From an uncultured Muribaculaceae bacterium (GTDB taxonomy: Bacteria > Bacillota_I > Bacilli_A > RF39 > UBA660): a stretch of DNA of 27,815 nucleotides. Where the stretch lies: NCBI GenBank assembly GCA_964651795.1, contig CAZYWD010000001.1, positions 1 through 27,815 on the forward strand. Reading direction: 5' to 3'. Of the stretch, positions 1-5,765 are shown in pieces; positions within the stretch are counted from its first letter, which is position 1; every line of letters begins with the position of its first letter. The notes below the pieces were generated by a model. That model searched no databases, was not told the DNA's origin, and saw nothing but the letters and a program-made list of their open reading frames with translations. A program made the translations under genes and the position numbers.

Positions 1-2
1 CG

Positions 3-80
3 GATGGAGATAACTTTCCATTACTAGGAAAAGTTATATATATAGATCCCGGACACGGAGGATACTTCTTAACCAGATAA
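3..80 (+). pseudogene. cwlD: 5' part of an interrupted CwlD-like N-acetylmuramoyl-L-alanine amidase (Amidase_3); runs off the left window edge; host-derived up to nt 55, then reads into the element and stops
   Basis: Frame from nt 3 reads DGDNFPLLGKVIYIDPGHGGYFLTR* (TAA 78-80). PLxGKxIYxDPGHGG matches the start of the CwlD catalytic domain (B. subtilis LPLSGKIIYLDPGHGG, recalled). Not in the ORF track. Confidence 0.8.
29..80. other. Left attachment junction (attL-type hybrid site); predicted crossover dinucleotide CA at 54-55
   Basis: Element-side arm TAACCAGATAA (70-80) is a 10/11 inverted match to TTATTTGGTTA (27737-27747) at the other end; after joining, the symmetry axis falls on CA 54-55. 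Confidence 0.85.
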
Positions 81-113
81 ATTAAAACTATCAAAATGTC
101 TTATATTACAACG

Positions 114-141
114 AAAATCATATTATAAAATATGATTTTTT
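114..141 (+). terminator. Weak AT-rich hairpin that may stop host-gene transcription entering the element
   Basis: AAAATCATATT (114-124) / AATATGATTTT (129-139), 4-nt loop, short T run, 34 nt after the truncating stop. Confidence 0.4.
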
Positions 142-214
142 AATTTTAATTTCTAATAATTGATCCATTTTATGATGTGGTATTTGTCTTTTGTCATAAA
201 AATATGAAAAGGAG

Positions 215-1111
215 ATGAATCTTAGCATGAATAGTAAAAAGAAATTAAAAGTTGGAACATTTTTTAGTGGTATTGGTTCGCCCGAAAAAGCACTTGAGAG
301 ATTAAAACAACAAAAATTACTAAAAGAATATGAAATAATGTTTTTTTCTGAAATAAATGAAAATGCAGTAAAGAGTTATTGTGCAATCCATGGTGTAGAT
401 AATAGCCTAAATTTAGGAAGTATTACTGAAATTAAAGGCAGTCAGTTGCCTTATTGTGATTTATGGATTGGGGGTTTCCCTTGTCAAGATATTTCCAATG
501 CAGGAAAAATGAGAGGATTTGAAAATAATAGTCTAACAAGATCATCCCTTGGATGGGAAATGATACGCTTAATTAAAGAAGTAACAAGGAAACCCAAATA
601 TGTTATATTTGAAAATGTAGCTAGTATCACAAATAAGAAGTTTATCAAAACATTAAATTTTTTCAAAGAAGATTTGATGAGTTTAGGGTATAAATTGTTT
701 GATAATGTACTAAATGCTATAGATTACGGAATACCTCAAACTAGAAAAAGGTATTTTTTAATTGCAATTCTTGATGAAAATATAAATTTTGAATTTCCTA
801 TTAAAGAGGAATCTATAGTTAAATTAAAAGATTTTTTAGATACAAGTGTCGAAGAGCAATATTATTTAACCGATGAAAGCTATGATGATATTGGGGGAAA
901 TATACGCGAATTTACTAAAATCGGTAATACTTGTGTCAAGTACCAAATTGATATGAAAAAATACAATTCAGGTGGTAAGTGTGGAATTGATAAAAGTAGT
1001 AAATTTGTTCAAACTTCTAGAATTTTTTCTGAATATGGTTATGCACCAACATTAACTGCATCTAATACGGCAGATAACTGTAAAATAGCTGTAGAAAGTG
1101 AGAAAAGATAA
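215..1111 (+). CDS. DNA (cytosine-5)-methyltransferase, large part (motifs I-VIII plus target-recognition region); start may be ATG 227
   Basis: Motif I FFSGIG, catalytic GGFPCQDIS, ENV, PQTRKRYF, PTLTAS; lacks motifs IX-X. SD AAGGAG at 209-214. Confidence 0.93.
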   Translation: MNLSMNSKKKLKVGTFFSGIGSPEKALERLKQQKLLKEYEIMFFSEINENAVKSYCAIHGVDNSLNLGSITEIKGSQLPYCDLWIGGFPCQDISNAGKMRGFENNSLTRSSLGWEMIRLIKEVTRKPKYVIFENVASITNKKFIKTLNFFKEDLMSLGYKLFDNVLNAIDYGIPQTRKRYFLIAILDENINFEFPIKEESIVKLKDFLDTSVEEQYYLTDESYDDIGGNIREFTKIGNTCVKYQIDMKKYNSGGKCGIDKSSKFVQTSRIFSEYGYAPTLTASNTADNCKIAVESEKR

Positions 1112-1113
1112 AT

Positions 1114-1299
1114 ATGAGGATAAGAAAAATTACTCCAAATGAAGCATGGAAACTAATGGGTTTTGATGAGTCTGATTATGAAAAAGCAAAGTTAGTTAAT
1201 TCTAAGTCCTCACTATATCACCAGGCAGGTAACTCAATTGTTGTAAATGTCATATATGAGATATTAAAAAAATTATTATCAAAATTTAATAAACAGTAA
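1114..1299 (+). CDS. DNA (cytosine-5)-methyltransferase, small part (motifs IX-X)
   Basis: RKITPNEAWKLMGF (motif IX) and LYHQAGNSIVVNVI (motif X); starts 2 nt after the upstream stop in a different frame; SD-like AAAGTGAG upstream. Confidence 0.9.
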   Translation: MRIRKITPNEAWKLMGFDESDYEKAKLVNSKSSLYHQAGNSIVVNVIYEILKKLLSKFNKQ

Positions 1300-1350
1300 T
1301 TAATAATATTCTAATATAAAAATTGTCTTTTTAAATTAACTAATTCTAAA

Positions 1351-1396
1351 TGATTAAAAAGATTAGTATTTTTTAATGATACTAATCTTTTAATCA
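1351..1396. terminator. Probable bidirectional intrinsic terminator between convergent genes
   Basis: TGATTAAAAAGATTAGTAT (1351-1369) / ATACTAATCTTTTAATCA (1379-1396), near-perfect with one bulged A. Confidence 0.65.
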
Positions 1397-1530
1397 ATTT
1401 AATTTTAATGTTGCAGTAAATAACAACAATTATAGGTAATTGTCTCAAGTTATTTTAGATAATGGTATAACTTTTTCAATGTGGATATAAGATAATTATT
1501 TCAATTAATTAATATGTTTTTATCTAATTA

Positions 1531-1896
1531 TTAAAGATATTTGGATACCAACTTTATTTCATCAGAATTTTTATTATACTTGAATATAATATTTTTATAT
1601 TGCATTTCATACATATTATAAATATAATCAGTTCCACTTAAGTTATTTTTATAGTTAGGCAAATTTAAATAATTATCCATATCTTCAAATAAATATGAAA
1701 TATGTAATTTTTTTTTGTTTTCTGTATATATTTTTAGTTTAACCTTTTTCTTATCTAATCTTATTATGTAATTGTCTAAAACATTATTATTTAATAACTT
1801 TAATAAAGAATCAATGTTATTTACTGTTTTAGAATTAAGTATGATTTTCTTAATTTTTCTTTTCTTAATAATAAATAATAGTTTATTGATCATCAT
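1531..1896 (-). CDS. Hypothetical protein (121 aa, Lys/Asn-rich)
   Basis: Strong SD AGGAGG 3-6 nt before ATGATG on the minus strand; divergent from the XRE gene; no recognisable motif. Confidence 0.65.
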   Translation of the reverse strand: MMINKLLFIIKKRKIKKIILNSKTVNNIDSLLKLLNNNVLDNYIIRLDKKKVKLKIYTENKKKLHISYLFEDMDNYLNLPNYKNNLSGTDYIYNMYEMQYKNIIFKYNKNSDEIKLVSKYL

Positions 1897-1927
1897 AAAC
1901 CTCCTAACAAATTATATATATAATTAA

Positions 1928-1985
1928 ACCACTAAAGTTGTTGGTTGTAAATAGTTTTAAAAAATCATACCATAATGTTGTTGGT
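1928..1985. promoter_or_regulatory. Divergent control region with two ACCA-N9/10-TGGT boxes (candidate XRE operators)
   Basis: ACCACTAAAGTTGTTGGT (1928-1945) and ACCATAATGTTGTTGGT (1969-1985), both containing GTTGTTGGT, directly before the XRE SD (GGAGG). Confidence 0.5.
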
Positions 1986-1999
1986 ATGGAGGTTTTATA

Positions 2000-2326
2000 A
2001 TGGAATTGAGACAGGTTTTTAAAAATAATGTTATTTATTATCGCCAAAAATTAAAAATATCTCAAGAGACACTAGCTGAATTATCAAATATAAGTACCAA
2101 TTACATTGGTGAAATCGAAAGAGGAAATAGAAAAGTAACAATAGATACAATTGAAAATATAGCAAAAGGATTGAATATTGATCCAATAAAACTGTTAGAA
2201 AAAAGAAAAAAAAACTTAAGAGTTCAAAAGTCGATATATTTTAAAATATATCGACTTTTTATTTTTTTGAAAAAACTTTTTGAAAAAATACAATTAATTT
2301 ATGTGTTGGAAATATTTAAGATTTAA
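2000..2326 (+). CDS. XRE/Cro-C1 helix-turn-helix regulator; domain ends near residue 70 and the C-terminal tail is probably not genuine
   Basis: YRQKLKISQETLAELSNISTNYIGEIERGNRKVTIDTIENIAKGLNI is a typical HTH_3. One fewer A in the A9 run (2206-2214) would stop it at TAA 2217-2219, just before a terminator. Confidence 0.88.
   Translation: MELRQVFKNNVIYYRQKLKISQETLAELSNISTNYIGEIERGNRKVTIDTIENIAKGLNIDPIKLLEKRKKNLRVQKSIYFKIYRLFIFLKKLFEKIQLIYVLEIFKI
2226..2268 (+). terminator. Perfect 34-bp palindrome plus T-tract (intrinsic terminator)
   Basis: AAAAGTCGATATATTTTAAAATATATCGACTTTT (2226-2259) equals its own reverse complement; followed by TATTTTTTT. Confidence 0.7.
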
Positions 2327-2376
2327 TGGTATACTATAGATACTAATACATGCTGTAGTAGTGGAAATGGCAAAAT

Positions 2377-2404
2377 TTGACAAAAGTTGAAAAAATGCTA
2401 TAAT
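2377..2404 (+). promoter_or_regulatory. Consensus sigma-A promoter for the HAD-acyl-CoA synthetase/plsC unit
   Basis: TTGACA (2377-2382), 16 nt, TATAAT (2399-2404) with extended TG at 2396-2397; ATG 25 nt downstream after SD GAGGGG. Confidence 0.8.
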
Positions 2405-2428
2405 ACACACCTATAAAGAGGGGATTTT

Positions 2429-4873
2429 ATGAGAAGAGTCGGTTTTGACATTGATGGGACGCTTACCAATTTTGAGAAGTTCGTATTTAGCCATGCTGTA
2501 AATTATATGAAAAGAAAATATAATATGAATGTTGTTAATTCGGATGGGTATGATGTCGATAAAGCTTTTGATATAGAAAATCAATTAATCGAAAGAGGAT
2601 ATTCAAAAGAAGAAGCAAATTTAAAAGCAACAGAAATATTGAATACTTTTTGGGAGAAGTATTATCCAGAATATATATTAACTCCATTTAGGGATGGGGT
2701 TAAGGAAACTATCAATCGACTATATGAAGATGGTAACGAAATTTTTATAATTTCATCAAGAAAAAAATCAACTGAAAATACACCTAAAGGAAAATTTGTA
2801 AAAGGGTCGATTAGTTTTCAACTTTTATTTAATCAAATAAAGTATCATCATCTTTTATTATTTGAAAATGATGAACAAAAATTACAAGCTATTAAAGATA
2901 ACTATATTGATATAATGGCAGACGATAAACCTGAATTATTGAGTAAAATAGCTGAATTTACAGATGCTGTTTGTATCAATAGTGCATATAATATTAAATT
3001 CAATTTACCTAATAATGTAAAAAGAGCTAATAATTATGTGAATAACGAGGTGTATGACATCATTAGCTCTATAATAAAAGAATCTAACGAGCCTATTTTA
3101 GATTCAGATTCATTAATTACTGGTGTTCCATCGATAGATAAATTGTGGTTAAGAAACTACACTAAAGGAGATTTAAAATGGTCATTACAAAAAATGTCAC
3201 CATATGATAGAATGACTAAAACAAACGCAAGTTTTAAAAAATATAAAATTACATCTTACTATAAAACTCCTATTATTAATGAGGAATTTACAAAAAAAGT
3301 TAATGATTGTGCAAAAAAATTAAATGCTGATGGAATAATAAAAGGTGATATTGTTCCATTGTTAGTTGTCAATACGCCAGAAACAGTGATAATGATTACA
3401 GCACTTATGAAATTGATGGTAACGATAGTACCAATTTCACCAGCTGATTCAACCATATCTATTGAAAATAAGTTATCTAAACTTAATTCAAAAAAACAAA
3501 TTAAAGTACTTTATATTGCTAATCATTTTATTGCTAAAGAAAATCAATTTGCAACTGATAAGATTAATCCGATAGTAGAAAAATTAAATATTAATAAAAT
3601 AATATATTCATCAGTTGAAGATTCAATGCCATTAAAGGAAACTATTGGATATAAAATAAAAATAAATAATAGAAAACCATTATTAAACGATAAATATATT
3701 TCTATGAATAATTATATTGCATCAGGTAATAAAATAGAAAATGATATTGATTTAGAATATAAAAATGATTATACAGCAGTTATTATTTATACTGGTGGGA
3801 CAGTCCAAACTAAAGGTGTTATGTTATCACCTGATAATCTTGACGCCGAGATTAGACATTTCTTGAATACTAGAATTGGAATAAAAAGAAATGAAAAAAT
3901 ATCAGGGATTTTACCATATGATCATATTTATGGTTTATTAATTAATTTGATTGTTCCGATTGCTAAAGGGATGGAAGTTGTTCAAAGACCAAAACCAGAA
4001 AGAGAAAAATTAGATGAACTTATTGTAAAAGAAAAAGTAAATTATTTTGCTACTATCCCAGTTTTATTAAATGAAGTGTTGAAAAACAAAAAAATATCTA
4101 AATCAACATTATCACATGTAAAGCAGGTATTTTCTGGGAGTGAAGCCATTTCTGATACATTATTAAAACAAATAAAAGATTTCTTTGCTGAACGAGGAGC
4201 AGATATAAATATTATTGATGGATATGGTGCTTCAGAGTTGACAGCGATGTGTTTAGAAAATGGAGTGCCTATAATTAGTGCAACACCTAAAATAGTGGGT
4301 TTAGAAACTGAAAAAGAATTAAGTTATAATAAAGTTGGGGAATTATGTATATCTGGTGATACAGTAATGCAGGGATATTTTGATAATGAAGAAAAAACAA
4401 AAGAAGTACTTAAAATACATGAGGATGGTAAAGTATGGTTACATACTGGAGATTTAGCTTATATAGATGAAAAAGGTAAAGTAGTTCCACAAGGAAGAAT
4501 TGATCAGGATATTATAAAAGTAAATAGTCAAATGGTTAATTTATTTGCCATTAGTAAAATGATAGAAAAACATCCTTGTGTGCAAAAATGTATTGTAATG
4601 AAATATCCATCTGAAAAAAAAGGAACAGTTCCAGTAGCATTTATTGAAATAAATCAAGATTTTATAGACGATGAAAATATTAAAGATTCAATTATAAAAT
4701 TATGTCAAAAATCTTTAACATACTATGAAATACCAGAAAACTTTATATTTATTAATAATATACCATTAACAACGCGTGGTAAAGTAGACAGAAATAAATT
4801 GTTAGAAGTATATGATAATGAGGAAAAAGAAAAAGTAATGATAAAACAAAGAGTAATCACATATTCTAAATAG
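2429..4873 (+). CDS. Fusion of an N-terminal HAD phosphatase (5'(3')-deoxyribonucleotidase-like) and an AMP-binding long-chain acyl-CoA synthetase
   Basis: HAD motif I FDIDGTL, motif II ISSR, motif IV ADDKP. ANL motifs YTGGTVQTKG, GYGASE, WLHTGDLAYID, GRID, PLTTRGKVDR. Confidence 0.85.
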   Translation: MRRVGFDIDGTLTNFEKFVFSHAVNYMKRKYNMNVVNSDGYDVDKAFDIENQLIERGYSKEEANLKATEILNTFWEKYYPEYILTPFRDGVKETINRLYEDGNEIFIISSRKKSTENTPKGKFVKGSISFQLLFNQIKYHHLLLFENDEQKLQAIKDNYIDIMADDKPELLSKIAEFTDAVCINSAYNIKFNLPNNVKRANNYVNNEVYDIISSIIKESNEPILDSDSLITGVPSIDKLWLRNYTKGDLKWSLQKMSPYDRMTKTNASFKKYKITSYYKTPIINEEFTKKVNDCAKKLNADGIIKGDIVPLLVVNTPETVIMITALMKLMVTIVPISPADSTISIENKLSKLNSKKQIKVLYIANHFIAKENQFATDKINPIVEKLNINKIIYSSVEDSMPLKETIGYKIKINNRKPLLNDKYISMNNYIASGNKIENDIDLEYKNDYTAVIIYTGGTVQTKGVMLSPDNLDAEIRHFLNTRIGIKRNEKISGILPYDHIYGLLINLIVPIAKGMEVVQRPKPEREKLDELIVKEKVNYFATIPVLLNEVLKNKKISKSTLSHVKQVFSGSEAISDTLLKQIKDFFAERGADINIIDGYGASELTAMCLENGVPIISATPKIVGLETEKELSYNKVGELCISGDTVMQGYFDNEEKTKEVLKIHEDGKVWLHTGDLAYIDEKGKVVPQGRIDQDIIKVNSQMVNLFAISKMIEKHPCVQKCIVMKYPSEKKGTVPVAFIEINQDFIDDENIKDSIIKLCQKSLTYYEIPENFIFINNIPLTTRGKVDRNKLLEVYDNEEKEKVMIKQRVITYSK

Positions 4874-4895
4874 CAAAAAAAAGGGGGGAAAAAAG

Positions 4896-5666
4896 ATGAA
4901 TATAAATATAAATATTAAAAAGTTTTTAACAGAAAATATTTATAGACTAGTCAAAATTCCTGTTAAACCATGTGTAATTTCAAAATATAAACCAATTATT
5001 TTAAATAAAGAATTAGTACCGGATAAAGAGTCAATAGTATTTGCTCCAAATCATAGACAAACAAATGATGCATTTTTGATGTTTTCATCAATTGATAAAC
5101 CGGTTCATTGGATGGCATTAAAAAGGTTTTTTACTGGTGAAGATAGTATTTTTAATAATAATAAAAATCCAATTCTTTGTAAAATGACAGCATTGGTATT
5201 TAATGGTATAGGTGCTGTTCCGATTATAAGAGATCAAGACATTGATAAATATCCAAATCAAGATAATAGTATATCACTAAAAGAATTTGATATGTATTTA
5301 AAGTTAAAAAGTAGTATAGGAATATTTCCGGAAGGAACAACAAATAAAGAACCAGAAAAGCAAAATTTACTTTCTCCAAAAAAGAGTGCATTTTATTTTG
5401 CTAAGGATAATAATTCTTATATTCAACCAATATCAATTACATGGATACCAAAAAGTTTGAATATTCAAAATAGGGCAATTATAAATTATCGTCAACCGTT
5501 TAAATCAACAGAAATGAATGTTCAAGAAATGATTGAATGTTGGATACAATCTGTAAATGAAGGATTAGAAGAGAATAAACAAATCGTTGAAAATTTGAAA
5601 AATTTAACTGAAATAGTTAATGTAAAAAAAGAATCAAAGAAACTAGAATTAGTTTTAAGAAAATAA
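4896..5666 (+). CDS. plsC: 1-acyl-sn-glycerol-3-phosphate acyltransferase family (lysophospholipid acyltransferase)
   Basis: NHRQTND (NHx4D), GAVPIIR, IFPEGTTN, K-SAF motifs. Confidence 0.9.
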   Translation: MNININIKKFLTENIYRLVKIPVKPCVISKYKPIILNKELVPDKESIVFAPNHRQTNDAFLMFSSIDKPVHWMALKRFFTGEDSIFNNNKNPILCKMTALVFNGIGAVPIIRDQDIDKYPNQDNSISLKEFDMYLKLKSSIGIFPEGTTNKEPEKQNLLSPKKSAFYFAKDNNSYIQPISITWIPKSLNIQNRAIINYRQPFKSTEMNVQEMIECWIQSVNEGLEENKQIVENLKNLTEIVNVKKESKKLELVLRK

Positions 5667-5699
5667 AAAGTGTATTCTTTTTATTTTTTTTACCAAATA

Positions 5700-5728
5700 A
5701 TGACAATTTTTTTTATTCATGATACAAT
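5700..5728 (+). promoter_or_regulatory. Sigma-A-like promoter for the hybrid kinase
   Basis: ATGACA (5700-5705), 17 nt, TACAAT (5723-5728) with extended TG; supports a start at ATG 5766 rather than GTG 5670. Confidence 0.6.
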
Positions 5729-5765
5729 ACTGTTGTGTAGTATTTATATGAAGGGCGGATTAAAA

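Noticed and set aside
204-218. Mini-ORF ATG AAA AGG AGA TGA overlapping the MTase start
   Set aside because: Four codons built from the SD itself; expected by chance.
484-666. 60-aa minus-strand ORF
   Set aside because: Antisense shadow inside the methyltransferase; no motif.
1099-1116. Programmed -1 frameshift fusing the two MTase ORFs
   Set aside because: Only four codons of overlap window, no canonical X XXY YYZ slippery heptamer or downstream structure.
215-2326. Type II restriction-modification system with the XRE as controller protein
   Set aside because: No recognisable endonuclease; the 121-aa ORF has no PD-(D/E)xK, HNH or GIY-YIG motif.
3259-3456. 65-aa minus-strand ORF
   Set aside because: Antisense to the acyl-CoA synthetase domain; no independent support.
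4878-4895. A8-G6-A7 homopolymer run before plsC as a phase-variation site
   Set aside because: Explained as an SD sequence in A-rich context; no evidence of length variation.
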